The notes: generated by a model not told the origin, from the letters alone. A DNA stretch of 64,000 nt from Pseudomonadota bacterium (GCA_043818915.1 JBDRFJ010000242.1:1810-65809); one strand, 5' to 3'; counted from the first letter of the stretch, positions 9,368 to 19,590 are shown. A program made the numbers and translations.

Positions 9368-10720
9368 TTACCTTATAATCTCAACACCCATGGCCCTATA
9401 CAGCTTAGCCTTTGCAATATTATAAGCACTTAATGCATTGTAATAATTTGTTTCCGTCTCGGAAAGAAGGGTCCTGGCATCAAGCACCTCTGTAGATGTG
9501 ACCACCTGTTCCTTGTATCGCTCTTCGTTCATTCTCAAGTTTTCCTGTGCCTGCTCAATCGCCTTCTTTACCGTAAAGATGGCTTTCCCCGAGTCTCTGA
9601 GTCTGAGATACGCTCTCTTAACTTCGAGCCGGATGTCATCTTCCACCTGTTTTCTTTGCTCTTTGGCCTGGGCTAAAAAACACAATTGTTCCTTAACGCC
9701 GTGTCGAGTCTTGCCCCACTCCCAAAAAGTCCAGGTCGCCGATAGCATAACATTCCAGGAATCAGGATCAATAATACCCTCCCCTCCCCGCACGTCCGGG
9801 TCGTCGCCGAGTTTATTATAACTTCCCTGGAAGTTGACTTCAGGCATATAGTCCTTCCGAACAATTTGAACATTCCTTTCCCCAATCTCTACCTGCAAAT
9901 CCGCCACCCTTAATTCTCTCCGACTCTGTTTGGCGGTTTCCCAGCACGACTCATAGTCTTGCGTGATAGGTTCATAGGTCAGGATATCTTCCAAAACCAC
10001 CGGCGCATCAATAGGACGACGAAGAAGGGTATTAAATTCAGCGCTAACTTCCTGAAGTCTATTTTCCGCCACTACCAACTCCTGTTTCGCGTTGGCCAGC
10101 TCGACTTCGGCTTCAAGTAGATCGTTTTTCGGTGTCATACCAACATCGTAAAAATTTCTGGCAACCTCTGCATGGGCGGTAAGCCGTGTAACCGCATCTT
10201 CTGCCACACGCAACAGCCGCTCTGCCCGTAGTACTCCAAAATATGCCTCCTTGGCCCGCAATATTATATCCTGTCTGGTCTGTTCCAGTTCGAACCGGGA
10301 GATATCGAGCTCCAAGCCGGCCACCCGATATTTTGTAATCAGATCAAACCCCCTAAAAATAGGCTGATTAACAGTCGCGGAAAATTCATAAATATCCTGT
10401 GGGCTGAGGACCAAGCTCCCCACCGACCTCTCACTATCCTGTCTGGTATATGAATAGCCGGAACTGAATGTCGGCAAAAATTCCGTAAATTGCCCGTCTT
10501 CCCTTTCCTTGGAAGCCACAACCCCTTGCAGGGCAGACTGTATAGCAGTACTCTTTTCAAGGGCTCTACGTATACTCGATTCAAGGGTAAACATTGCTGT
10601 AGAGTCTTCCGCATCAGCAGGACACACAAGACAAAAGAGTATTACAAGGAGGGGTATGAAATCTATCCATGATGCGAAAGGGATCTTTTTAACACAGCCT
10701 GCCATTGACGGCATTTTCAT
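9368..10720 (-). CDS. TolC-family outer membrane efflux protein
   Basis: Signal peptide, two OEP repeats (AKEAYFGVL; VKRAYLRL), ERYKEQ..TSTEVLDA. Confidence 0.88.
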   Translation of the reverse strand: MKMPSMAGCVKKIPFASWIDFIPLLVILFCLVCPADAEDSTAMFTLESSIRRALEKSTAIQSALQGVVASKEREDGQFTEFLPTFSSGYSYTRQDSERSVGSLVLSPQDIYEFSATVNQPIFRGFDLITKYRVAGLELDISRFELEQTRQDIILRAKEAYFGVLRAERLLRVAEDAVTRLTAHAEVARNFYDVGMTPKNDLLEAEVELANAKQELVVAENRLQEVSAEFNTLLRRPIDAPVVLEDILTYEPITQDYESCWETAKQSRRELRVADLQVEIGERNVQIVRKDYMPEVNFQGSYNKLGDDPDVRGGEGIIDPDSWNVMLSATWTFWEWGKTRHGVKEQLCFLAQAKEQRKQVEDDIRLEVKRAYLRLRDSGKAIFTVKKAIEQAQENLRMNEERYKEQVVTSTEVLDARTLLSETETNYYNALSAYNIAKAKLYRAMGVEIIR

Positions 10721-10834
10721 GTCTACCCCCAGACGAAATATGACGACATAAAATTATCAATTGACCTACAGCGGTAAAATTGTTATTCTGCTGTCACGAG
10801 CATGAGGAGGGCCTAACCGGTTTTTCTCGCTCAA

Positions 10835-10890
10835 GGCCTTCGCTGAATCCTTTTAAAAGGGCTTCTTCCAGTTCGGCGAAGGCTTTTTTT
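10835..10890 (+). terminator. Intrinsic terminator-like hairpin in the pyrE leader
   Basis: GCCTTCGCTGAA...TTCGGCGAAGGC followed by T7; no plus-strand gene immediately upstream. Confidence 0.55.
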
Positions 10891-10915
10891 ATGGTGACTT
10901 TAAAAACTGACGGTA

Positions 10916-11080
10916 TAGGAGGCTGTCCGAGAATTATGTCCGTAACGAAAAAGTGTGAGAACGAGACAAAATTTTCGCAAATTTGAGGAGAATAGCAGGC
11001 CTATTTGACGAAAAATTGCGGGAATTTGGGCCGTTTCTCACTCTTTTGCAGTAGGATCAGAATTCTCGGACAGCCTCCTA
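10916..11080. mobile_element. MITE (165 bp)
   Basis: Perfect 20-bp terminal inverted repeats TAGGAGGCTGTCCGAGAATT / AATTCTCGGACAGCCTCCTA, TA at both ends, further imperfect internal symmetry, no transposase. Confidence 0.85.
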
Positions 11081-11176
11081 GAGCCAAATAAACTTAATAA
11101 ATACTATAAAAATATCTACATGGCAACCAAATAAGGTAATGAGAAATCTAAATTAATGATACAAGCAGGTATAAAC

Positions 11177-11767
11177 ATGACAATGAAAGAGCGACTCAAA
11201 AGGCTCCTTTTTGAAAAATCTTTTATGTACAGCGAAGAACCGACTTTCAACCTGGTTTCCGGCAAAAAAAGTAACTTCTACTTTAACTGTAAACCGACCA
11301 CATTGGATCCTGAAGGCATGTATCTGATCGGTCATCTTGTCTTTGAGAATATACAGGACCTGAAACCGGATGGAATCGGAGGTCTTACTTTTGGCGCTGA
11401 CCCTATTGCGATGGCAACAGCGTTTACGTCACAGATAAAAGGGATGCCGATAAAGGCATTTTCAGTCCGCAAAGAACAAAAGGATCACGGAATTGTAAGA
11501 TGGATCGAAGGTGATCTAAAGCCAGGTGAAAGGGTGGTCATCGTAGATGATGTGGCCACCACTGGCGGGTCCACCATTAAGGCCATTGAACGGGCTCGTG
11601 CCGAGGGGATGGAAGTAATTAAGGCGGTAGTACTTATCGACCGACAGGAAGGCGGCCTGGATCGTGTTAAAGAGCATATTTCCCCCGCCATCGGCGGGGT
11701 TGAAGCGATCGTTACACGTGATGACATGATGGCTCTTTATTATAATGATAAAGGAAAAGAGGTATGA
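11177..11767 (+). CDS. pyrE: Orotate phosphoribosyltransferase
   Basis: [43 protein letters not shown]. Confidence 0.93.
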   Translation: MTMKERLKRLLFEKSFMYSEEPTFNLVSGKKSNFYFNCKPTTLDPEGMYLIGHLVFENIQDLKPDGIGGLTFGADPIAMATAFTSQIKGMPIKAFSVRKEQKDHGIVRWIEGDLKPGERVVIVDDVATTGGSTIKAIERARAEGMEVIKAVVLIDRQEGGLDRVKEHISPAIGGVEAIVTRDDMMALYYNDKGKEV

Positions 11768-12048
11768 AAGACGAAAAGGGGATATATTATTATCCCGAAC
11801 TTCAGGAGAAAAACCTGAGAATGTATGTTAGAAAAAACGGAAATGACATTGAATTTCGTATGTGGGACAGCAAGAACCCGGAAGTATGGAAAAATCATAT
11901 CTGGCTGGATATGGCAAGCCTCAAAAAAGCCGCGGATATATATTCCAGTCATCCTAACTATAAAGGGAGAAGCCCGCTCCACCTCTATGATCTGCAGATT
12001 GCACAGCAACTTATAAGAGAAGAAGAGACTATGTCCAAGGACTCGTAG
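11764..12048 (+). CDS. Hypothetical protein translationally coupled to pyrE
   Basis: ATGA overlap with pyrE stop; 94 aa, protein-like composition (GIYYYP, MYVR, PLHLYD). Confidence 0.75.
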   Translation: MKDEKGIYYYPELQEKNLRMYVRKNGNDIEFRMWDSKNPEVWKNHIWLDMASLKKAADIYSSHPNYKGRSPLHLYDLQIAQQLIREEETMSKDS

Positions 12049-12415
12049 GCATATAATAAGTCGCGCAAGCAGTATCGGATTCCCACGAAGTGACCCGTGT
12101 CACCCGTAGCGTTGAGCTGTTTAATTCAGAGGAGAGTCGCTCTGCTATGTATTGAGCAATGTTTTCGGAAGAAGGATTACAATCTTTAAACGGCTCTAAA
12201 TCGTTTAAGAATCTGTGGTCGAACTTTTTAATAATCGCGCCTGTCTTTTCTTTGATAACCGCAAAATCTACTACCATGCCGGCTTTATTTAACACATCAG
12301 AGGCTACATATACTTCGATCTTCCAATTATGACCGTGCAGGTTTTCACAGGGGCCGTTAAAATCTCTGAGCTGATGCGCTGCCGCGAAATGGGTTATGAT
12401 TTTCAATTCATACAT
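12029..12415 (-). CDS. queD: 6-carboxy-tetrahydropterin synthase
   Basis: FAAAHQL, CENLHGHNW, DHRFLND, NPSSENIA, WES. Confidence 0.93.
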   Translation of the reverse strand: MYELKIITHFAAAHQLRDFNGPCENLHGHNWKIEVYVASDVLNKAGMVVDFAVIKEKTGAIIKKFDHRFLNDLEPFKDCNPSSENIAQYIAERLSSELNSSTLRVTRVTSWESDTACATYYMPTSPWT

Positions 12416-12468
12416 AGAGATTACTCCGATTTTCCATACTTACCGAACGTCTTAACCAATTAGTCAAA

Positions 12469-12588
12469 TGTTGCGAGTTACGAGTTTGACTTCCATGCCA
12501 GCTTTGCATCTTGAACGAACCTGTTTATTGTGTTTGCTAATTGATCATAATTTTAGACCCTTGAACACGCAACTCGCAACCATCAACT
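12469..12588 (-). repeat. Heptamer inverted-arm element (GTTGCGA type) enclosing a gene 3' stub
   Basis: GTTGCGAGTTACGAGTT ... AACACGCAACTCGCAAC; minus strand 12549-12478 reads YDQLANTINRFVQDAKLAWKSNS*. Confidence 0.75.
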
Positions 12589-12591
12589 TCA

Positions 12592-13938
12592 TTATAGAAC
12601 AAAATTATATTTCTTAATCTTAGCTCGAAGTGTCTTTCTGTCAATTCCAAGAGATTCTGCCGTCTTGGTTATATTTCCGTTAAAGCGTTCCAACATTTTG
12701 CCTATATGCTGACGTTCGGCATCCTCCAGTGTGGTCGTCTCCGGATCAGACACGCCGGAAAACGTGGTATTTGAATATATAAGATCTTGGAAGGTGATGG
12801 TTTCTCCTCGGGCAAATATGACGAGTCTTTCTATCATATTTTCAAGTTCGCGCACATTTCCAGGCCATGAGTAATTCTCCATAGCAGCAAGGGCCTCTTG
12901 GGAAATACCGTAAATGGTCTTTCCTTGTTTGGCGCTATAACTATCCAAAAAATGATCAATAAGAAGCGGAATATCGACCTTGCGATCACGCAGTGGAGGA
13001 AGATGAATCGAAACCACGTTTAACCGAAAAAAGAGGTCTTCCCTGAATAATCCCTTGCGGATTGTTTTATTAAGGTCTTTGTTGGTAGCGGCAACAATAC
13101 GGGTATCTACCCTAACCACTCTATGACTCCCGACCTTGGAGATAGCTTTTTCCTCCACTACCTTTAATAGCTTTGCCTGGATGTCCAGGTTTATATTGGC
13201 TATTTCATCAAAGAAGATGGTCCCTCCGTTTGCCATTTCAAATTTGCCGTACTGGGTGGTATCGGCCCCGGTAAACGCCCCTTTAATATGGCCAAACAGC
13301 TCGCTTTCAAATAGTGTGCTGACAAGAGAACCGCAGTCCACAACAACAAAGGGATGGCCCTGACGAGGACTCATGGCATGAAGTTTACGAGCTACCAACC
13401 CTTTTCCGGTACCGCTTTCCCCCTGAATTAGAACGGTGCTGTCCGTGGGCGCCACCATTTTGACCATCTCTTTCACCTTGGCCATGGCAGGGCTTTGGCT
13501 GATGAGCTCTTCTTTCTTCTCTTTTTCTTTTAATGTCTGCTTCAGGATGACATTTTCGATATTGAGCTGACGATTCTTAAAGGCACGTTCTACAGTTCGA
13601 CGCACTTCATTCGGCGTAAACGGTTTGGTCAAAACGTCAAATGCCCCGGATTTGATCGCCTGCACCGCTGTCTGGATAGAGCCATGCCCGGTGATAATCA
13701 CCACTTCCGCTTCCGGGTCCTGTGCTTTGAGCTGTTTCAGGATTTCAATACCGTGTTCGTTAGGAAGTTTGAGATCAAGGAGTATTACAGCAAAGGACCA
13801 CTTGTCCAGGAGAGCGATCCCATCCTTGCCGCTCTTTGCCGACATTACGTCGTGACCCTTTCTCGTGAGTGCCTGATAACAAGCGTCTCTCATTGCGGCA
13901 TCATCATCGATTACTAATATGTTGATTCTGGTTTCCAA
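12592..13938 (-). CDS. Sigma54-dependent response regulator (NtrC family)
   Basis: REC domain, GESGTGK, ELFGHIKGAFTGA, WPGNVRELEN, Fis-type HTH. Confidence 0.93.
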   Translation of the reverse strand: METRINILVIDDDAAMRDACYQALTRKGHDVMSAKSGKDGIALLDKWSFAVILLDLKLPNEHGIEILKQLKAQDPEAEVVIITGHGSIQTAVQAIKSGAFDVLTKPFTPNEVRRTVERAFKNRQLNIENVILKQTLKEKEKKEELISQSPAMAKVKEMVKMVAPTDSTVLIQGESGTGKGLVARKLHAMSPRQGHPFVVVDCGSLVSTLFESELFGHIKGAFTGADTTQYGKFEMANGGTIFFDEIANINLDIQAKLLKVVEEKAISKVGSHRVVRVDTRIVAATNKDLNKTIRKGLFREDLFFRLNVVSIHLPPLRDRKVDIPLLIDHFLDSYSAKQGKTIYGISQEALAAMENYSWPGNVRELENMIERLVIFARGETITFQDLIYSNTTFSGVSDPETTTLEDAERQHIGKMLERFNGNITKTAESLGIDRKTLRAKIKKYNFVL

Positions 13939-14705
13939 GAGTCTCCGTCTCTTTTTTCTTGCGACCTCGGCAAGAAAATTGTGAAAGTGGTTCCCTTGCC
14001 TTCCACACTTTCCACCTTTATATCCCCACCGTGCAGCTTAATAATTCCATGACTTATGGAAAGGCCCAGCCCTGTCCCTTTTCCACGCTCTTTGGTAGTG
14101 AAAAAAGGTTCAAAAATACGGCTGAGGTGTTTGCTGGGTATTCCACAACCGGTGTCTGAGAACTGAACGAGAACGCCGTTTCTATCCGGATCAGGCCTGG
14201 TACGAAGGACCAATGTCCCCAAATTGTTCATGGCCTCACCTGCGTTTATGATAAAATTAACAAAGAGTTGTTCCAGCTTATTTTCATCCGCGGATATTTC
14301 TGGAAGATTTGGATCCAGCTCATGTATTATCTTGATGTTTTTCAAGAGAACATGGCGTTCCATAAAATGGACGGTGCTTTCAAGCACTCGATTAACCAGG
14401 GTATTTGTCAGTGACAAGGTCTCCTGGTGCGCAAAGTCAAGAAGCCCTTTTACTATAATCTTACACCGGTTAGCTAATTTGATAATTTTTATAATATTTT
14501 CTCTGTGTGGATGATCTTCCGGTATATCTTCAAGGAGAAGGTGGCTGTATATAAGGATTCCACCCAAGGGAGTATTTAATTCATGGGCGACCTCACTGGC
14601 CATCTTCCCTGTGGCCGCCAGGCGCTCTGATATAACCGATGCTTGATTCGGAGTATCAATCTTTGTATGTTTCTTATAAACAGATTTTTGCACGGCGATT
14701 TCCAA
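13914..14705 (-). CDS. Histidine kinase core lacking a sensor domain
   Basis: VAHELNTPL H-box, N-box, DTGCGI, FEPFFTTK, GTGLGL; only ~30 aa before the DHp domain. Confidence 0.85.
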   Translation of the reverse strand: MEIAVQKSVYKKHTKIDTPNQASVISERLAATGKMASEVAHELNTPLGGILIYSHLLLEDIPEDHPHRENIIKIIKLANRCKIIVKGLLDFAHQETLSLTNTLVNRVLESTVHFMERHVLLKNIKIIHELDPNLPEISADENKLEQLFVNFIINAGEAMNNLGTLVLRTRPDPDRNGVLVQFSDTGCGIPSKHLSRIFEPFFTTKERGKGTGLGLSISHGIIKLHGGDIKVESVEGKGTTFTIFLPRSQEKRDGDSWKPESTY

Positions 14706-14711
14706 CTACTT

Positions 14712-14748
14712 TAGTCTAGTAGTCAAGTGGTCAACAACTCGACCACTC
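14712..14748. repeat. Collapsed 8-mer inverted-arm element
   Basis: TAGTCTAG-TAGTCAAG-TGGTCAA ... CTCGACCA-CTCG. Confidence 0.5.
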
Positions 14749-14831
14749 GCGAACCTACGGAAGGGATAATGTCACAACATAACGACAAAAGTCAACCTCT
14801 TGTGTTCTCAGGCGCCCTTTCTGGATGGACA

Positions 14832-15173
14832 CTACTCTACTTCTATTGATTCTATATATAATTCCCGTCCCCCTTCTATACGAACATTCCAGCCCTGGCA
14901 CTTCGGACAGAGCATGACAGGGTCTTCTAATTCAAAATCCTCTTTACACTCCTCACAATACCCTTTTATAGCCAACACTTCTATATCCAACGTGACTCCT
15001 TTGAGCGGGGTATCTTCGGTAATGAGCTCAAAACAAAACGAAAGGGCTTCAGGTTGAATAGCGGTCAACTTGCCTACTTTTATTTTTACGCTGAGCACCT
15101 TTTCCAAGCAATGACGTGCGATTTCATCCTGAACAATAGCAAGCAGGCTTTCGGCAATAGAAAGTTCGTGCAT
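14832..15173 (-). CDS. hypA: Hydrogenase nickel chaperone HypA
   Basis: MHELSIA, CEEC...CPKC, GRELYIESIEVE. Confidence 0.95.
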   Translation of the reverse strand: MHELSIAESLLAIVQDEIARHCLEKVLSVKIKVGKLTAIQPEALSFCFELITEDTPLKGVTLDIEVLAIKGYCEECKEDFELEDPVMLCPKCQGWNVRIEGGRELYIESIEVE

Positions 15174-15186
15174 AATAATCCTTTCA

Positions 15187-15224
15187 TTATTGCGGAATCG
15201 TCAATTACGATGATTTCGCAATAA
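15187..15224. promoter_or_regulatory. 16-bp imperfect palindrome just upstream of hypA
   Basis: TTATTGCGGAATCGTC-6nt-GATGATTTCGCAATAA. Confidence 0.45.
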
Positions 15225-15438
15225 GACAATTTTATTGACTTATTAGCATGAATATGTTGATATAAACAACTTTTTAAGTATATGCTTTTAAAATAGCTAT
15301 TTTACAATCTTGGTGAAATATTTATAATAATTTGACGTGCATGTCTATTATATTTATGAAGGTTACAACACGCTTATGCACGTATGTCTCTGGTAGCCAA
15401 TCCAATTAAGAACAGAGACAAACTCGTGAGGGGGAAAA

Positions 15439-15921
15439 ATGAAGAAAAAATTGCTTGGTACAGCTTTTTTTGCTGTGTTTCTATTATCCTGCTTGGGGAT
15501 TTCTAACGGTTACGCTGCCAACAGTGACCATTGTGCGGTAAACATTGACATAAAACCCGACGCCATCAGTTTAAAGGAGAAAAAAGGACCTCGTATTACG
15601 TGCTTCGTAACCCTTCCTGAGTCGTGCAGGGGAGCAGCTATCAACCCGGAGTCCATTACCCTGGCCGACAAAATAGTCGCTGACTCGGTATCTACGTATC
15701 AAGATATTGCTATCGTAAAATTTAAGAGGGTTGATCTCATTGATTTCATAAAGGATAACGGCTGCAACGTGCCGTCTACACTGGCTCTTTCGCTTAAAGG
15801 TAATTTTACGGACGGCGAATCTTTTGCGGGAAGTGATACCGTTGAGCTTACCCCCCCGCCAAAAGTCTATACCTATACCCGCCCTGACAGACATTCACGG
15901 GGAAAGCTGTTCAAAAAGTAG
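15439..15921 (+). CDS. Secreted hypothetical protein
   Basis: GAGGGGG RBS, Sec signal peptide (MKKKLL...GYA), beta-rich domain IDIKP...F.GSDTV. Confidence 0.8.
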   Translation: MKKKLLGTAFFAVFLLSCLGISNGYAANSDHCAVNIDIKPDAISLKEKKGPRITCFVTLPESCRGAAINPESITLADKIVADSVSTYQDIAIVKFKRVDLIDFIKDNGCNVPSTLALSLKGNFTDGESFAGSDTVELTPPPKVYTYTRPDRHSRGKLFKK

Positions 15922-16258
15922 CGTTCCTTTATATTGCAGGAATACTCCAAAAGTGTTAAATGACGCATAGAGTAGTTATTGAGCTTCTTGTGGCTTTTGT
16001 GCGCAGAAGACATGCTTTCTCCCTTCATAGTCCGACATATCTGCATGAATAACTGGAAATTTATCAATTCGCATAAATTGTATAAAGCCTATCCATCGCT
16101 TATAGGTAGACTTTTATTTTTTCTGCCTCGAAACGTGACAATTTTTGCCATATTAATTACAAAATTATATATGCATCGCCTGCTTTTGACAGCCGTCTAA
16201 TGACCTAAATTTCTACTATCTACTTGATATTTAAGTTTTTTTCCTTAAATAATTTGGG

Positions 16259-16273
16259 TGGCACATGCCTTGC
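16259..16273 (+). promoter_or_regulatory. Sigma54 (-24/-12) promoter of the hydrogenase operon
   Basis: TGGCACATGCCTTGC matches TGGCAC-N5-TTGC, 90 bp before the start codon; IHF-like TATCTACTTGATA at ~16217. Confidence 0.85.
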
Positions 16274-16362
16274 GGGTATTAGTATGAGCATTTGTTGTTA
16301 TTTTGTGTCAAATGTAATTAAAGACACCTTACACTCTTAATCTAACCATAAGGAGGTCTCGT

Positions 16363-17298
16363 ATGGGCGAAGACAAATTCTTTGAGGGGCTAAAGGAAGG
16401 GAATGTCTCACGAAGGGACTTCATGAAGTTCTGCGGCATGCTGGCCGCGGTGATGGGGTTGTCATCTTCCTTTATTCCCAAGATTGCCGAAGCGTTGGCT
16501 AGTCCAGGCAAACCACCTGTGGTATGGCTCCATTTCGCGGAATGTACCGGCTGTTCAGAGGCGTTTCTGCGATCCATGTATCCATGGGCTGACGAATTAG
16601 TCCTTGATATCCTCTCTGTTGATTACCATGAAACCATAATGGCTGCGGCAGGGCATCAGGCAGAAGGTGCTCTTGAAGACGCAATAAATAAACAAAAGGG
16701 AAAATTTATCTGTGTAGTAGAAGGCGCTATTCCCACGAAGCAGGGAGGCGTCTTCGGCATGGGTGGAGGAAAGACGTTCCTGGAGACCGCTGACCACGTA
16801 TGCAAAAAGGCCCTGGCGACCATCGCTATCGGCACTTGCTCATGTTACGGAGGAGTCCAGGCCGCAGCGCCGAACCCCACCGGAGCCAAGGGTGTTACCG
16901 ACGCCATAGGCATCAAGACTATTAATATTCCCGGCTGCCCGCCCAATCCGATAAATTTTATCGGAACAGTAGTCAATTACCTTCTAATGGGAAAACTGCC
17001 GGCAACAGACAGATTGGGACGCCCTCTGTTTGCATACGGCAAAACAGTACATGACCAATGTCCAAGGCGGTCCCATTTTGAAGCAGGGGAGTTTGCCCCT
17101 TCATTTGATTCAGAAGAGGCCAAGAAGGGTTGGTGCCTGTATGATCTCGGATGCAAGGGACCAGAAACCTACAATAACTGTCCATTGATTAAATTCAATA
17201 GCGGTACAAGTTGGCCGGTAGAAGCCGGACACCCCTGTATCGGATGCAGTGAGCCGGGTTTTTGGGATTCAATGAGCCCGTTTTATGAGTCCCTGTAA
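16363..17298 (+). CDS. hyaA: Periplasmic group 1 [NiFe] hydrogenase small subunit (Hyn type)
   Basis: Tat signal [39 protein letters not shown]. Confidence 0.95.
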   Translation: MGEDKFFEGLKEGNVSRRDFMKFCGMLAAVMGLSSSFIPKIAEALASPGKPPVVWLHFAECTGCSEAFLRSMYPWADELVLDILSVDYHETIMAAAGHQAEGALEDAINKQKGKFICVVEGAIPTKQGGVFGMGGGKTFLETADHVCKKALATIAIGTCSCYGGVQAAAPNPTGAKGVTDAIGIKTINIPGCPPNPINFIGTVVNYLLMGKLPATDRLGRPLFAYGKTVHDQCPRRSHFEAGEFAPSFDSEEAKKGWCLYDLGCKGPETYNNCPLIKFNSGTSWPVEAGHPCIGCSEPGFWDSMSPFYESL

Positions 17299-17327
17299 CG
17301 AGCCAACCCACGCAAGGAGGTAATACC

Positions 17328-18968
17328 ATGTCGAAAAGAATCGTCATAGATCCTATCACCAGAATAGAGGGTCATCTTCGTATCGAAGTGGAAGTGGAAA
17401 ACGGAAAGGTAAAAAATGCATGGAGTTCAGGCACCCTTTTTCGAGGTCTTGAAATTATCCTTCAGGGCCGGGACCCAAGAGATGCATGGCTTTTTACTCA
17501 GCGCGCCTGCGGTGTATGTACCTATGTGCACGGACTTTCTTCTGTCCGATGCGTGGAAGACGCCATTGGCATAGAAGTTCCGGACAATGCGCGACTTATA
17601 AGAAACCTGCTCATGGGCGCTCAATTTCTTCACGATCACGTCGTACACTTTTACCATCTTCACGCCTTGGACTGGGTGGACATTGTCAGTGCGCTTTCCG
17701 CCGATCCTAAAAAGACGGCAGCCTTAGCCAACAGCGTTGGCAATGCCCCTCGGTCCGGTGTAAACGATTTCAAGGCAGTGCAGGAAAAGGTTAAGAAGTT
17801 GGTAGACAGCGGCCAACTTGGGCCGTTTGCCAATGCCTACTGGGGACACCCGGCTTATAAGCTGCCACCCGAGGCAAACCTTATGGCCGTATCGCACTAT
17901 CTCGACGCGCTCAGGCTTCAGGCAAAGGCAGCGCGCATGCACGCCATCTTTGGCGCAAAAAATCCCCATCTCCAGTCGCTTTCAGTCGGCGGAGTCACAT
18001 GTGCACGCGACCTGAGTCCGGACAGAATAGCTGAATTCCTCTATCTACTCAAAGAGACCAAAGCTTTTGTGGATAATGTATATATCCCTGATCTCCTTGC
18101 AATCGCCTCGTTCTATAAAGATTGGGGCGGCATTGGGGGCACAACGAACTTTCTTGCATGGGGCGAATTCCCGCAAAGCGGCAAGGAGCCCGATTCTCTC
18201 ATGTTCCCGCGTGGAGTAATCTTTAAAAGAGATTTAAAGGGCGTAGAGATGGCTGACCCACAAAAGGTCACGGAGCACATTAAGCACTCCTGGTATGAGG
18301 GTGATCTGTCAAGGAGACCTTCAGAAGGTGAGACACGGCCCCAATATGACAAGTTCGATTTGAAAAAGAACTATAGTTGGCTCAAGGCCCCACGCTATCA
18401 AAACGAACCCATGGAAGTCGGACCGCTGTCCAGAGTACTGGTGGCGTATGCAAAGGGCGACAAGGCGACCCAAAAGATTGTGGATGATACCCTGAAAACC
18501 CTAAACATACCGGTGACCGCACTCTTTTCCACCCTGGGCAGAACCGCGGCCCGCGCCCTTGAAACCAAGATTATAGGAGACGCCGTGGAAGGGTGGGTCA
18601 TGCAGTTGGTCGAAAATCTTAAAAAGGGAGACAATAAGATTTATCACGATTTTGAGATGCCCGGAACGGGTATGGGAGTTGGTCTTAACGACGTACCCAG
18701 GGGGGCCCTGGGACACTGGATCAATATCAAGGACAAAAAGATCGGTAATTATCAATTAGTGGTGCCCTCTACCTGGAACCTGGGACCGCGTTGCGAACAA
18801 AATAAGCTGGGGCCAGTGGAGGAAGCATTGATCGGGACCCCCATAGCGGATCCCCAAAAGCCGCTTGAGGTGTTGCGAACGGTGCACTCTTTTGACCCGT
18901 GTATCGCCTGCGCAGTCCATATTATTGACCCCAACACCAATGAGATTTACAAGTTTAGAGTTATTTAA
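17328..18968 (+). CDS. hyaB: Periplasmic group 1 [NiFe] hydrogenase large subunit
   Basis: DPITRIEGH, QRACGVC, FDPCIACAVH plus cleavable C-terminal tail. Confidence 0.95.
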   Translation: MSKRIVIDPITRIEGHLRIEVEVENGKVKNAWSSGTLFRGLEIILQGRDPRDAWLFTQRACGVCTYVHGLSSVRCVEDAIGIEVPDNARLIRNLLMGAQFLHDHVVHFYHLHALDWVDIVSALSADPKKTAALANSVGNAPRSGVNDFKAVQEKVKKLVDSGQLGPFANAYWGHPAYKLPPEANLMAVSHYLDALRLQAKAARMHAIFGAKNPHLQSLSVGGVTCARDLSPDRIAEFLYLLKETKAFVDNVYIPDLLAIASFYKDWGGIGGTTNFLAWGEFPQSGKEPDSLMFPRGVIFKRDLKGVEMADPQKVTEHIKHSWYEGDLSRRPSEGETRPQYDKFDLKKNYSWLKAPRYQNEPMEVGPLSRVLVAYAKGDKATQKIVDDTLKTLNIPVTALFSTLGRTAARALETKIIGDAVEGWVMQLVENLKKGDNKIYHDFEMPGTGMGVGLNDVPRGALGHWINIKDKKIGNYQLVVPSTWNLGPRCEQNKLGPVEEALIGTPIADPQKPLEVLRTVHSFDPCIACAVHIIDPNTNEIYKFRVI

Positions 18969-18995
18969 CATCATCGGTTCATAACTCTCTACCAT

Positions 18996-19034
18996 AAAAA
19001 AGCTGTGTCTCGACCCGCGGGATGCAGCTTTTTT
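18996..19034 (+). terminator. Intrinsic terminator after the large subunit gene
   Basis: AAAAAAGCTGTGTCTCG-ACCCG-CGGGATGCAGCTTTTTT. Confidence 0.7.
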
Positions 19035-19094
19035 ATGCTGTTTATTTTTTCAATCGAGCGTTTTCTTTCAATTGAGGTTATAATAAAAAAACTC

Positions 19095-19589
19095 ATGGAA
19101 TCAAAACGGATTGTAATACTGGGAGTAGGCAACATCCTTCTTAAGGATGAAGGAGTGGGGGTGCGCGTCATAGAAAAATTAGGGGAACACTATTTTTTCC
19201 CGGACAACGTAGAGCTGGTGGACGGAGGAACGCTTGGGTTGCAACTCCTCGGGACTGTGGCCGAAGCGGATTATCTCATTGTCGTAGATGCGGTAAAAAA
19301 CGGAAAGCTTCCGGGGACCCTGTACCGATTCGAAACAGAAGACATCCCCCACCGCGTGGCGTACAAGAATTCCTTGCATCAAGTCGATTTATTGGAATCA
19401 CTAACCTTAAGTCAAGCCCTTGGAAACACGCCTGAAACCGTTATCCTTGGCGTAGAGCCGGAGGACATCTCACCGTGGGGAACGGAATTGACGCCGGCAG
19501 TCCAGGGAAAAGTTCCTGAATTGATGAAGTTAGTATTGAAGGAATTGGATAGATTAAATATAAAATATACATTGATGGAGGAAACCTAA
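19095..19589 (+). CDS. hyaD: Hydrogenase maturation protease (HyaD/HybD type)
   Basis: GVGNILLKDEGVG, DGGTLG, VDAV, SLHQ. Confidence 0.9.
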   Translation: MESKRIVILGVGNILLKDEGVGVRVIEKLGEHYFFPDNVELVDGGTLGLQLLGTVAEADYLIVVDAVKNGKLPGTLYRFETEDIPHRVAYKNSLHQVDLLESLTLSQALGNTPETVILGVEPEDISPWGTELTPAVQGKVPELMKLVLKELDRLNIKYTLMEET

Positions 19590-19590
19590 T

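Noticed and set aside
10790-10890. PyrR-binding attenuator as a firm call
   Set aside because: The ARUCCNGNGAGGYU loop consensus is not clearly present; kept only as a candidate leader.
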